In this document: positions 10,082 through 19,871 of the stretch, piece after piece | How the letters are laid out: each line of letters begins with the position of its first letter | Numbering within the stretch: position 1 is the first letter of the stretch | Origin: Planctomycetota bacterium | GTDB lineage: Bacteria; Planctomycetota; UBA8108; SXIK01 | Length of the DNA stretch: 64,000 nt | Reading direction: 5' to 3' | NCBI GenBank assembly: GCA_965223265.1 | Contig: OZ244999.1 | Coordinates: 7,744,001-7,808,000, forward strand | Notes under the pieces: model-generated | What the model was told of the DNA's origin: nothing | The model's database searches: none | The model's input: only the letters and a program-made list of their open reading frames with translations | Program-made: the position numbers and the translations under genes

Positions 10082-13000
10082 ATGAACGTATGTCGATGGA
10101 TCACGCGGTGGCTGATTTGCTCCTTCCTTTTCATCGTTGCATCCGCCTTGAGCCTATCGAACGTGGTAGTCGCTGCAGAGGCGGGAGAAAAGGAATCGTT
10201 GCCGACGGGAGCTGAGGTTCAGAGCCTGAAAGTGTTCCCAGAGTCGGTCGCGCTGCCGCACAAGTTCGCTTATCGCCAGCTGCTGGTAACGGCCACGATG
10301 AACGGCGGTGACGAGGTCGACGTGACGCGCATGGCCAAGATCACGGTCGACACCGACTTAGCAGAGGTGAACGCCCGCGGCTTTGTGACGCCGGTGAAGG
10401 ACGGGACAGGCTCCATCGAAGTTTCCTTGGGCGGTCAATCGCTCGCTGTGCCGATTGAAGTGACGGGTCAAACAGCGCCATACCGTGTGAGTTATGTTCA
10501 AGACGTCATGCCGATCATGTCACGTATCGGCTGCAACGCCGGCACGTGCCATGGCTCCGCCCAGGGTAAGAACGGGTTCAAACTGTCGCTGCGCGGATAC
10601 GACCTCCTTTTCGACTACCGTGCGCTCACCGATGACCTCGAAAGCCGACGCTTCGACCGCGCCTCACCTGACAACAGCCTTTTTCTGCTCAAGATCACCG
10701 GCGTCGTGCCCCACGTCGGTGGAGCGCTTGCTAAGCCAGGGGAACCATACTACGAAGCGCTTCGGGGCTGGGTTGCGGACGGCGTGACTCTCGACCTCGA
10801 GAGTCCGCGCGTCGAGTCGATCCGTGTGTTCCCGGAAAGCCCGATCATCCCGCTGCCTGGGATGCGGCAGCAAATCGCGATACTGGCGACCTTCAGCGAC
10901 GGCAGCGTCCGGGACGTGACGCGCGAGGCGTTCGTCGAGTCGAGCAATATCGAAGTGACGAGCGTCGATCGCCCTGGGTTGATCACAGCTCTCAGGCGCG
11001 GCGAAGCGGCCGTTCTCGCACGCTATGAAGGCCGCTATGCGGTAGCGCAATTGACCGTTATGGGAGACCGCAGCGGATTCGAGTGGAAGGAAGTTCCTGA
11101 GTACAACTACCTCGACACCCTCGTCTACAAGAAGCTGAAAAAGATCAAAGCCCTTCCGAGCGGCGTGTGCACCGACTCCGAGTTTCTGCGTCGCGTCTAC
11201 CTCGACCTTACCGGTCTGCCACCAAGACCGAAGGAAGTGCGCAATTTTCTCTTCGACCGGCGCAACTCAAAGGTCAAGCGAGACGAACTGATCGACCGAC
11301 TGATCGGCAACTCCGAATTCGTCGATTTCTGGACGAACAAATGGGCCGATTTGCTTCAGGTCAATCCGAAGTTTCTCGGCAAAGACGGCGCCGCGGCGCT
11401 ACGGCAGTGGATTCAGCAGGGCGTCGCCAGCAACGTGCCCTACAACGAGTTCGTCGAGAGCATACTGGCCGGCACTGGCTCGACCCTGAAGAATCCGCCG
11501 GCGGCGTATTACAAAATCCTCCGCACGCCGGAGGATGCGATGGAGAACACGACGCAGCTCTTTTTGGGCGTGCGCTTCAACTGCAACAAGTGCCACGACC
11601 ACCCGTTCGAACGTTGGACTCAAAACAACTACTGGCAGTTGTCGTCGTTCTTCGCGCGCATCGGCCGCAAGAACGCTCCTGGGTCACCGATCATGCCGCG
11701 CCAGGCCGCGACACAGACGGAACGACCTGCGTTCGAAGAGATCATCTTCGACAAGGAGGACGGAGAGGTTACGCCGCCGTACGGTGGCACCGTGACCGCC
11801 ACGTTCCCCTACACGCACCCCGGCACGGTCCCGAGCGAAAGCCCTCGCCGTCAACAACTGGCCGCGTGGCTCGCTTCCGCCGACAACCCGTACTTCGCGA
11901 AGAGCTTCGTCAACCGCTTGTGGAGCTACTTCTTCGGCGTCGGGTTCATCGAGCCCGTCGATGACATTCGCGCCGGCAATCCTGCCAGCAATCCAGAGCT
12001 GCTCGACCGATTGACCAAAGAATTCATCGACACCGGTTTCGACGTGCGGCACTTGATGCGTCTGATCGTGCGCTCGCGCACTTACCAACACTCGATCAAG
12101 ACCAACGAGTTCAACGCCGAAGACACGACCAACTTCTCGCACGCCCTGGCGCGCCGGCTGCCGGCCGAGACGCTCTTCGATGCCTTGCACCAAGCGACGG
12201 GAGCGAGGGCCAAACTCCCAGGTGTGCGAGCAGGAAGCCGCGCCGCAGAACTCACCGACCCGAAAGTGAAAACCAACGACGGTTTTCTCGACCTCTTCGG
12301 TAGACCGCCGCGCGAAAGCGCCTGTGAGTGTGAACGATCGAGTGGCATGTCGCTTGGTCAATCCCTCAACCTGGTCAATGGTCCAACCGTCGCCGAAGCA
12401 ATCCGCAGCGAAGGGAACGCCATTGCCGATCTGGTCGCCGTCGAGTCGAGGCCTGAGAGACTCGTCGAAGAACTCTTCGTATCGTTTCTGAGTCGATTAC
12501 CGACCGAGGCAGAAACGAAGAGCCTCGTGCCTCTGTTCGCGCACGAAGAGCGAGCCAACCTCGAGGCACTGGCACCTGGCGACAAACAGGCGATCGATGA
12601 GGCACTCGTCGCTTACGAACGCGAGCAGAGCATCCCTGAGTGGAAGACTCTTAAGCCGGATCTTTTGCGGTCCACCGTCGACGGCGTCGAGTTCACCGTC
12701 CAAGAAGATGGTGCGGTTCTCGTCTCCGGCGCTGATACGCCGAAGGACGTTTATACCTTCGTCGCGTCCACCGATCTCGAGGGTATCACTGGCGTTCGCA
12801 TCGAGGCGCTGACAGACGAGAGCTTGCCGAAGAAGGGTCCGGGTCGGCGCGACACCGGCAGCTTCGACCTGACGAACTTCACCGTGGCCGCAGTACCCGT
12901 GACGGACGCAGCCAAAGCCGTCGGCGTCCAGCTTGAGAACCCCACGGCGACAGACAACCGCCCGGAACGCGCAATCGACGACGACCTCAGCCGAGGCTGG

Positions 13001-13360
13001 GAGCCTCGCGCGGGCCAGGATCACGAAGCCGTCTTCGAGCTCAAAGAACCCGTCGGCAGCAAGGGCGGCACATTGTTGACCCTTTCGATTGCACAGCAGC
13101 GCGGCGAGCATCGAGTGCTCGGAAAGTTCCGCATTTCGGTCACGACGTCGAAAAAGCCTGTACGCGTGCTGACCGTGCCGCAAGAGATCGCGGCGATCAT
13201 TGTTACGGCTCACGAGAAGAGGACGCCCGAACAGCAAAGTACACTCTTCAAGCACTTCATCGGCAAGCGTCGAGATCTTGCCGATCGAATTCGACTCAAC
13301 GCGGCTCAAGATCTTGCCTGGGCGCTGATCAACACACCCGCTTTTCTTTTCAATCGATAA
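10082..13360 (+). CDS. Ig-like (BIG2) + DUF1549/DUF1553 (PSD2/PSD1) protein with inserted beta-sandwich domain
   Basis: Signal peptide; GCNAGTCHG, EFLRRVYLDLTG, CNKCHDHPFERW, NPYFAKSFVNRLW, FGRPPRESACECER, DLAWALINTPAFLFNR. Confidence 0.9.
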   Translation: MNVCRWITRWLICSFLFIVASALSLSNVVVAAEAGEKESLPTGAEVQSLKVFPESVALPHKFAYRQLLVTATMNGGDEVDVTRMAKITVDTDLAEVNARGFVTPVKDGTGSIEVSLGGQSLAVPIEVTGQTAPYRVSYVQDVMPIMSRIGCNAGTCHGSAQGKNGFKLSLRGYDLLFDYRALTDDLESRRFDRASPDNSLFLLKITGVVPHVGGALAKPGEPYYEALRGWVADGVTLDLESPRVESIRVFPESPIIPLPGMRQQIAILATFSDGSVRDVTREAFVESSNIEVTSVDRPGLITALRRGEAAVLARYEGRYAVAQLTVMGDRSGFEWKEVPEYNYLDTLVYKKLKKIKALPSGVCTDSEFLRRVYLDLTGLPPRPKEVRNFLFDRRNSKVKRDELIDRLIGNSEFVDFWTNKWADLLQVNPKFLGKDGAAALRQWIQQGVASNVPYNEFVESILAGTGSTLKNPPAAYYKILRTPEDAMENTTQLFLGVRFNCNKCHDHPFERWTQNNYWQLSSFFARIGRKNAPGSPIMPRQAATQTERPAFEEIIFDKEDGEVTPPYGGTVTATFPYTHPGTVPSESPRRQQLAAWLASADNPYFAKSFVNRLWSYFFGVGFIEPVDDIRAGNPASNPELLDRLTKEFIDTGFDVRHLMRLIVRSRTYQHSIKTNEFNAEDTTNFSHALARRLPAETLFDALHQATGARAKLPGVRAGSRAAELTDPKVKTNDGFLDLFGRPPRESACECERSSGMSLGQSLNLVNGPTVAEAIRSEGNAIADLVAVESRPERLVEELFVSFLSRLPTEAETKSLVPLFAHEERANLEALAPGDKQAIDEALVAYEREQSIPEWKTLKPDLLRSTVDGVEFTVQEDGAVLVSGADTPKDVYTFVASTDLEGITGVRIEALTDESLPKKGPGRRDTGSFDLTNFTVAAVPVTDAAKAVGVQLENPTATDNRPERAIDDDLSRGWEPRAGQDHEAVFELKEPVGSKGGTLLTLSIAQQRGEHRVLGKFRISVTTSKKPVRVLTVPQEIAAIIVTAHEKRTPEQQSTLFKHFIGKRRDLADRIRLNAAQDLAWALINTPAFLFNR

Positions 13361-13391
13361 CACCGCGGTCGCGAACCGGAAAAAAACAGGG

Positions 13392-13425
13392 CGCCGTCGC
13401 TGATGGGCGACGGCGTTCTTCTTTT
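13392..13425 (+). terminator. Putative intrinsic terminator
   Basis: CGCCGTCGC-tgatgg-GCGACGGCG followed by TTCTTCTTTT. Confidence 0.6.
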
Positions 13426-13458
13426 CGACGCAGCCTCGCTTCACGGAGAACGCACAAC

Positions 13459-15744
13459 ATGCAATCGATGCGTTTCGGTCTTGTCAGTTTCGCTCTCATT
13501 AGCGTGGTCTTGGGTCTTCGTGTCGCGTCAGGGGCACCTCGGGCAGCTGACTTCGATCCGAGCGCATACACTCCGATCGATACGTCGAACCTTCTAGGTT
13601 CCCCGGATCCCCTGCCGCCGCTCGTCGTTGAGCCGGCGTTTCCAAACCTCAAGTTCTCGCGCCCCGTCGTGTTGACGCACGCTGGCGACGACTCGGGGCG
13701 ACTCTTTGTTTGCGATCAGCCCGGCATCGTCTATGTGTTCGAGAATCGAGATGACGTCGGCGAAGCCAAGGTCTTTCTAGACATCCGCGACAAGACGCTC
13801 ACACAGCACTTCGAAGAGGGTCTCCTCGGTCTCGCGTTCCACCCCCGGTACCGTGAGAACGGCGAGTTCTTCGTCTACTATTCGACGCCGCCACGTGCTT
13901 CGATTGTCGCGCGTTACCGCGTCTCGGAGTCGGACCCCAATCGTGCCGACCCCGAGAGCGAAGAAAGGCTGCTCGAGGTCGAGCAACCTTTCGGAAACCA
14001 CAACGGTGGCAGCATTGAGTTCGGCCCGGACGGCATGCTGTACGTCGCCCTCGGTGACGGCGGTCGCCGCGACGACCCGTTCGGCAACGGTCAGAACCTT
14101 GAGACGCTGCTCGGGTCGATCCTGCGCATCGATGTGGAACACAAGCAAGCGGGAAAAAACTATGCCGTGCCGCGCGACAATCCTTTTGTCGGGCGCGGCG
14201 AGAACGTGCGTGGCGAGATTTGGGCGTACGGCATCCGCAATCCATGGCGCATGACGTTCGACTCGAAGACCGGCGATCTCTGGGTTGCCGATGTCGGCCA
14301 AGATCTCTGGGAGGAAGTCAACGTTATCGTCAAGGGCGGCAACTACGGCTGGAGCGCCCGCGAAGGCCATCACCCACTGGTGCCGCGCCGCCAGCCGGTC
14401 AAGCCGAATCGTCCGAGCGAGGATCCGATGACCGAGGCGATTCACGTCTATCCACGACATGAGGGCAAGTCGATCACCGGTGGTCACGTGTACCGCGGTC
14501 AAAGTCTTCCGGCGTTCGCCGGTGCGTACTTCTACTCCGACTTCGTCAACTTCAATATCTGGGCGTTGACGTACGACGGCTCCAAGGTCACTTCGAATCA
14601 GCGCGTCGCGCGATCACCTTCACCGGTGACGTCGTTCGGAATCGATGACAAGGGCGAAATCCTCTTCACCACCTTCGAAGCGGCTGAGCCCGGTGAAATG
14701 GATCGACTCTCGATGGGCGACTACTTCAGGCTGACGCGCGGTGGCGTCTATCGTCTACGCCGACGCAGCACGCCGACCACCGTCGCGGCGCCATTTCCAC
14801 GACGGCTATCCGAGACTGGCCTGTTCACAAACGTCGAGGAACTACTCCCGGCGCGCGGACTGGTGCCGTACAGCGTCAACGTGCCCCTGTGGTCGGATGG
14901 CGCGGACAAGGAGCGCTACGTCGCAATGCCGGCAGGCGCCAAGATCGACTTCAGCGCCGACGGTCATTGGAAGTTTCCGCTTGGCACAGTGCTCGTGAAG
15001 ACGTTCACGCTCGAGAACACTCCGGGTCGCCCCGCGAGACGCCTCGAGACGCGCCTTTTGGTCAAGGCAGGCCACGGTTGGAACGGCTACACCTACGTCT
15101 GGAATCACGGCCAGACGGATGCAGACCTGCTGGACGGCGCGGCAGCCCGGGAGGTCGCGAAACCCGGCCAAGCCGACGGCCGCATGTCGTGGTACTTCCC
15201 AAGTCGTTCCGACTGCAACGCCTGCCACACTAAGACCGCCGGGTTCGCGCTTGGTCTCAACACACGCCAGATGAATCGCGTCCATGACTACGGCGACGTC
15301 AGCGCCAACCAGCTCGCCATGTTCGACGCGCTTGGCCTTTTCAGCCAGCGCCTAGCGAAATACCCGCACGACTTCGACGCCTACCCTGAATGGGGCTCCC
15401 GCACTGCAGACACCGCCTCCCTCGCGCGAGCCTATCTCGACGTCAACTGCGCCCTCTGCCACGCCCCGGGCGGCACCGGTGTGGCTAAGGCCGACTTCAG
15501 GTTCCACACGCCGCTGGCCAAAGCCGGCGTGCTGAACGAGACGCCGGGCCAGCTGCGCCTCGGCGCAGTCGACAGTGCCGTCGTGGTTCCCGGCGCGCCG
15601 CAGCGCTCCGAGCTACTCTTGCGCCTCATGGTGCGCGGCCCCGGTCGCATGCCAACGTTAGCCACTTCCGAGATCGACTGGGAAGCGGTGCGCGTTCTCG
15701 GCGAGTGGATCTCAGGTCTGACACCGACCGCGACCAACGAGTAG
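13459..15744 (+). CDS. PQQ-dependent sugar dehydrogenase (GSDH beta-propeller) fused to diheme cytochrome c region
   Basis: Signal peptide; EEGLLGLAFHP, NHNGGSIEFGPDG, AYGIRNPWR, GGNYGW; CNACH and CALCH heme motifs. Confidence 0.9.
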   Translation: MQSMRFGLVSFALISVVLGLRVASGAPRAADFDPSAYTPIDTSNLLGSPDPLPPLVVEPAFPNLKFSRPVVLTHAGDDSGRLFVCDQPGIVYVFENRDDVGEAKVFLDIRDKTLTQHFEEGLLGLAFHPRYRENGEFFVYYSTPPRASIVARYRVSESDPNRADPESEERLLEVEQPFGNHNGGSIEFGPDGMLYVALGDGGRRDDPFGNGQNLETLLGSILRIDVEHKQAGKNYAVPRDNPFVGRGENVRGEIWAYGIRNPWRMTFDSKTGDLWVADVGQDLWEEVNVIVKGGNYGWSAREGHHPLVPRRQPVKPNRPSEDPMTEAIHVYPRHEGKSITGGHVYRGQSLPAFAGAYFYSDFVNFNIWALTYDGSKVTSNQRVARSPSPVTSFGIDDKGEILFTTFEAAEPGEMDRLSMGDYFRLTRGGVYRLRRRSTPTTVAAPFPRRLSETGLFTNVEELLPARGLVPYSVNVPLWSDGADKERYVAMPAGAKIDFSADGHWKFPLGTVLVKTFTLENTPGRPARRLETRLLVKAGHGWNGYTYVWNHGQTDADLLDGAAAREVAKPGQADGRMSWYFPSRSDCNACHTKTAGFALGLNTRQMNRVHDYGDVSANQLAMFDALGLFSQRLAKYPHDFDAYPEWGSRTADTASLARAYLDVNCALCHAPGGTGVAKADFRFHTPLAKAGVLNETPGQLRLGAVDSAVVVPGAPQRSELLLRLMVRGPGRMPTLATSEIDWEAVRVLGEWISGLTPTATNE

Positions 15745-15992
15745 CCTGTACCTGCGAGACCTCCCTGCCAGTTTTTCGGACAGAGGACGACCGTCGCGCG
15801 AAGAAGCGGCCAGTCAGTGACTTCCGAGAATCCTCGTGAAGTAACAACGTTGCGCCCGTTGTTTTCAGGCTCTTGGGTGGTGACGCGAATCTGCCCGGTA
15901 GCGTCTCCTTTAGACAGACGCACCCTAGCTCCGAAGAGAAGGTATTGCAGTGATCTTTTCCGCCGTAGCCCCCTCAGTCGCCTGAGCAGCTC

Positions 15993-17060
15993 ATGACGAC
16001 GAGCGCATCCATAGAGCCCCAACCAGCAGCCTCGGCGGCGGTGAAGACCGCGCCCGTAACAGCGCTCATTCCGCTCTACAATCGCCGCAAGACCCTCAAG
16101 GCCGGTCTCGACTCGATCGCCGCGCAAAGCGTACGTCCCACCGAGATCCTGATCGTGAACGACGGTTCCGACGATTTCGAGGCATCTGAGCTCGAGGAGT
16201 TCATCGCCGCCTATCCGGGCTGTCGCGTGATTCATCAAGCCAACGCTGGCGTATCAACGGCAAGAAACGTCGGCTTGCTAGCTGCCGCAAACGACGTGAT
16301 TGCGCTACTCGACTCCGACGACGCCTGGCAACCCCATCACATCGAAGATGCTATCACGGCACTCAAGGCGCATGAAAACGTCGCCGTCGTCGTCGGGCGC
16401 TACGAAGTGAGTGATCCCGGCGGAGTGTTCAACGAAGCGGAACTTGCAGCGAAAGAAGAACGGCAACGCTCATGGGCGAGGGCTGCCCAAAGCGAACACG
16501 AAATCGGCTACCTGGTGAGCGGCGCCGCGGCGCTCGATCGATTGCTCAAGGATCAGGCCGGGTTCCATCTGTCGTCGCTAGTGGTCGACCGCACGCGGTT
16601 GAAGCGGGCGGTGTTCTTCGACGAAAACCTCAGCATGTACGAAGATATCGACTACCTATTGCGGCTGGTCTCCATGGGCGACCTGTTCTATATCAAACGC
16701 CCGCAGACATTCTACAATTTCCACTCCGGCAACACCGTGACGCCGTCAGGGTTCACGCTCAAAGGTCAATTCTCGACGCTTCGTAACCATTGCCGCTTCC
16801 GCCAAAAACGCTTCATGTACTGCAGCACGCCGCAGCAGGCGAAAAGCTGTCGCACGAGCCTTGCGGAGGACTACTACCTGATGGCGCAGAGCCTGTCGGA
16901 CTCGGGTCGTTTCGCCGAATCGTTGGATTGGTACTGGCAGAGTTTCACCCTGTGGCCGCGTTGGCGTACGCTCAAGCACGTCATCGCATACAAGCTGCTG
17001 CCCGAATCGGTGCTGCGCCACCGTCTGCACCGACTCGCACGACATCAAAGCGGCAAATAG
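15993..17060 (+). CDS. Glycosyltransferase family 2
   Basis: LIPLYN, IVNDGSDD, NAGVSTARNVG, LLDSDD, EDIDY motifs. Confidence 0.9.
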   Translation: MTTSASIEPQPAASAAVKTAPVTALIPLYNRRKTLKAGLDSIAAQSVRPTEILIVNDGSDDFEASELEEFIAAYPGCRVIHQANAGVSTARNVGLLAAANDVIALLDSDDAWQPHHIEDAITALKAHENVAVVVGRYEVSDPGGVFNEAELAAKEERQRSWARAAQSEHEIGYLVSGAAALDRLLKDQAGFHLSSLVVDRTRLKRAVFFDENLSMYEDIDYLLRLVSMGDLFYIKRPQTFYNFHSGNTVTPSGFTLKGQFSTLRNHCRFRQKRFMYCSTPQQAKSCRTSLAEDYYLMAQSLSDSGRFAESLDWYWQSFTLWPRWRTLKHVIAYKLLPESVLRHRLHRLARHQSGK

Positions 17061-17092
17061 GCAACATCGGGCAGACCGCCGAAGGCAAGACG

Positions 17093-17929
17093 TCAGTGAA
17101 TCGCCGGCGGGACGACGGCGTTCGAAACGTCAGCACAGACCCGAGCTCGCGCGATGAGCCCCTGTTCCTTGCGGAGATGCGCGCTCGCCTCCACGTCTGG
17201 AAATGAGTGACAGACGATGCCGGCAACGTGACGTCTATGAGACACCACTGATCCATCGGGGCGAGCGATGCACGCCGCCAGCCTCGAGTGGCGCGCAGAG
17301 GAGTTGGCGGCAATGATCCACATCTGGTGATCGGACGCCCGCACACGAAGCTGAGAGACCATCAATTCGTCGAGGACGCCGGGGCCTTTCGCGCGACTGC
17401 GAGCGTTGTAGTAGGAGTGCAGCAAGATCGAAACGCCCTGAGCGTGGTAGGACTCGTAGAGTTCTGGGAAACACGAGTCATAGCAAACGAGAAGGCCGAT
17501 GCGATAGCCGCGAAGAGTGAAGGTCGCACCGTCGCTGCCGGCGGAGAAGTGGTCGGCCTCTCGTCCATAAAGTCGGCGCTTGTCGTATCGAGTCCGCACG
17601 CCGCCCGAGTCTGAAATGACGTACAGACAGTTGGTCGGACGATAACCGCCGCCGACGTCGTGGCAAGAACCAACGACGGTCCAAAGCTCGAGCTCCGACG
17701 CCAAATCTCGAATAGTCTTCGTCTCAGAATCAAGAAGCGACCAGTCGAAAGCGTCAAAGGAGCAAAAGTCAGTGCCGAGATAACCGCACAACGCCGATTC
17801 GGGAAACTGGATCAGGTCGACAGCTTCCGCGGCTGCAGCGCGCATGAAACGTTGAATGTACTTTGAGTTCTTAGAAATGTCCGCCGACACGGGAAACTGG
17901 CACGCTGCCACTTTGAGGCGTTTCTGCAT
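17093..17929 (-). CDS. Carbon-nitrogen hydrolase (nitrilase superfamily)
   Basis: Catalytic triad contexts FPE, YDK, VCYD. Confidence 0.88.
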   Translation of the reverse strand: MQKRLKVAACQFPVSADISKNSKYIQRFMRAAAAEAVDLIQFPESALCGYLGTDFCSFDAFDWSLLDSETKTIRDLASELELWTVVGSCHDVGGGYRPTNCLYVISDSGGVRTRYDKRRLYGREADHFSAGSDGATFTLRGYRIGLLVCYDSCFPELYESYHAQGVSILLHSYYNARSRAKGPGVLDELMVSQLRVRASDHQMWIIAANSSARHSRLAACIARPDGSVVSHRRHVAGIVCHSFPDVEASAHLRKEQGLIARARVCADVSNAVVPPAIH

Positions 17930-18057
17930 GAAAAGAACTCGGCCAAAAAAAAGACGTTTCGGAACGGCCAGAGTATATCCGCGGTGAGCGGCGAATCCAG
18001 TTTTCGCACTTGTGGCACCGACACATGAGCTTACGGCGAAGACGAAAGAAGAAACGC

Positions 18058-18073
18058 TGGCACGGCGATTGCA
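18058..18073 (+). promoter_or_regulatory. sigma54 (-24/-12) promoter
   Basis: TGGCACG-gcga-TTGCA, exact match to TGGCACG-N4-TTGCW, intergenic and upstream of 18221. Confidence 0.7.
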
Positions 18074-18220
18074 CCCCCACGAACGTCGTAGCTCGTTGCT
18101 CGACCGTCGTTACCCACGCGTGAACTGCGCCGAAGAACTGCGGACTCGACTCCAAACACACGCAATCCGCAGGGCAACGGCGCCAGGACCAAAACCGACG
18201 AGTTTCGTCCACAATTTGGA

Positions 18221-18955
18221 GTGCTCGTGCACGCCGAAAAAAAGCGATTAGATCCTTTGGCGCGGCTGGTTCGCGCGTTCTTCGCCGTCGATTGCGGCCT
18301 CTGCATCGCTTACCTCGCCAATGCCGCGGCAGGCGAGCCGTTCTGGAAGATCACCACGCTCCTCGACCTCGAGGGTGAGAACAACATTCCCGCGTGGTAC
18401 TCCTCGATGCAGCTTTTCGTCGTCGCCTGCCTCTTTGGTCTTTTCGCCCGGGCGAGCTTCGACCGCCGCCAGTGGAGGAGCTGGCTGCTGGCACTCTTTC
18501 CACTCATTCTCCTAGCCATGTCGTGCGACGAAATCGCGCAAGTGCACGAGTGGCTTGGAGAAAAGTCCGACGTTCTCTTCGCTTCTGGTTCGCGACTCGG
18601 CAGCAGGTTCTGGTACACGGGTGTTTGGATGTTTGTGATCGGCGTGCCGTTCACACTAGGCGTGGGCCTCCTTTTCCTGCAGCTCACTGCTTTTTTTCGC
18701 CAGTCGCCAGGCGCAACGATCAAATTCCTCGCTGGCCTCCTGGTGTTCGCCGGTTCGGCGGTGGGTGTCGAAGCTCTCGCTAACTTCACCCTGAGCGGCA
18801 CACTCGCCAGAACGGCGCAGGTCAGCTGCGAAGAGTTCGGCGAAATGCTCGGCGTAACAATCTGGCTCTCCGCCACCTGTGACCTACTGCGCGCGAGCGG
18901 CTTTCGCATCCGATGGCAGCAGCAGGAGCGGAGCCGGGTGCGTGAGCTCGTTTGA
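18221..18955 (+). CDS. Multi-pass membrane protein of unknown function
   Basis: About 6 hydrophobic segments; DLEGENNIPAWYSS, SCDE..QVHE, EEFGEMLG motifs. Confidence 0.75.
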   Translation: MLVHAEKKRLDPLARLVRAFFAVDCGLCIAYLANAAAGEPFWKITTLLDLEGENNIPAWYSSMQLFVVACLFGLFARASFDRRQWRSWLLALFPLILLAMSCDEIAQVHEWLGEKSDVLFASGSRLGSRFWYTGVWMFVIGVPFTLGVGLLFLQLTAFFRQSPGATIKFLAGLLVFAGSAVGVEALANFTLSGTLARTAQVSCEEFGEMLGVTIWLSATCDLLRASGFRIRWQQQERSRVRELV

Positions 18956-19253
18956 CCCGCGACTCGCGGCTGCAAAGTTCTACCACCGCGCGGGCGAGCG
19001 GGCGCCTACTACCGAGAAGGGTGCGATTGAGTGTGCAACCACCAATACCGTCACCCCGTACACACGCCAAAAAGCGTTGCCTTGGTTTGCGGGCCCGCTT
19101 ACCATCGATCAGGTCGTATCGACGCGTTCACAGCGAGGAGAACGGTCAACGTGCGAAGCAGGGGGACGCCCCCGGGGTGCATTCAAGTAGCTTGGTGACA
19201 TGCGCCTCGGTGTCTGACACGCTACTGGTTTCGCCGACGCTCGGAGTGTACCC

Positions 19254-19871
19254 ATGACCGAAGCTCTTCGGCCCCTCATCGAATCGGCGCAAGCGGGAGA
19301 TCGTGAAGCGCTCGACAAGCTGGCTGGCTGTGTCGACCGTTTCGTGCGTATGTTCAGCGGCTCGCTGTCGCGGTACCTCAGAAGAACACAAGGCTCGACT
19401 CTCGACTTCGTCAATGAGGGTCTAGCTGAGGCGCTTGCCCATCTCGACAAGTTCGAGTACCGCAGCGACGAGGAGTTCTACGGCTGGGTCGCCCGACTGA
19501 TTCGCAGCCGCATACTCGACGCGATCCGACGCGAGAAACGCCAGAAGCGCGATGGGCGGCCGTTTCATCTCGACACACGCTGTGGCGTGGCCGCCGCAGA
19601 TCCGACGCCGTCTCAGATCATCTCGATGGCGGAAGTTCGCGAAACTGTGAAGACTTCAATGCTGCGGCTCCAACTCGACTATCCAAGCGAAATGGAAGCC
19701 GTTCTTCTCAAGATCTTTGAGGGTCACTCCTGGCCCGAAATACAAACGAGCATGAATCTCGGCTCCCAGAAACGGGCACGAACACTGTGCGCGCGCGGCC
19801 TCGATCTACTACGCCCGCGCGTCGAGAAGGCCGTCGGCCAGCAGGCGTTCGGGGAGTTTCTCGGGCTGTGA
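19254..19871 (+). CDS. ECF sigma factor associated with Ser/Thr kinase
   Basis: AQAGDREALDKL, extended sigma2 with STLDFVNE, FYGWVARL, DPTPSQ, sigma4 HSWPEIQ; GTGA overlap with kinase. Confidence 0.85.
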   Translation: MTEALRPLIESAQAGDREALDKLAGCVDRFVRMFSGSLSRYLRRTQGSTLDFVNEGLAEALAHLDKFEYRSDEEFYGWVARLIRSRILDAIRREKRQKRDGRPFHLDTRCGVAAADPTPSQIISMAEVRETVKTSMLRLQLDYPSEMEAVLLKIFEGHSWPEIQTSMNLGSQKRARTLCARGLDLLRPRVEKAVGQQAFGEFLGL

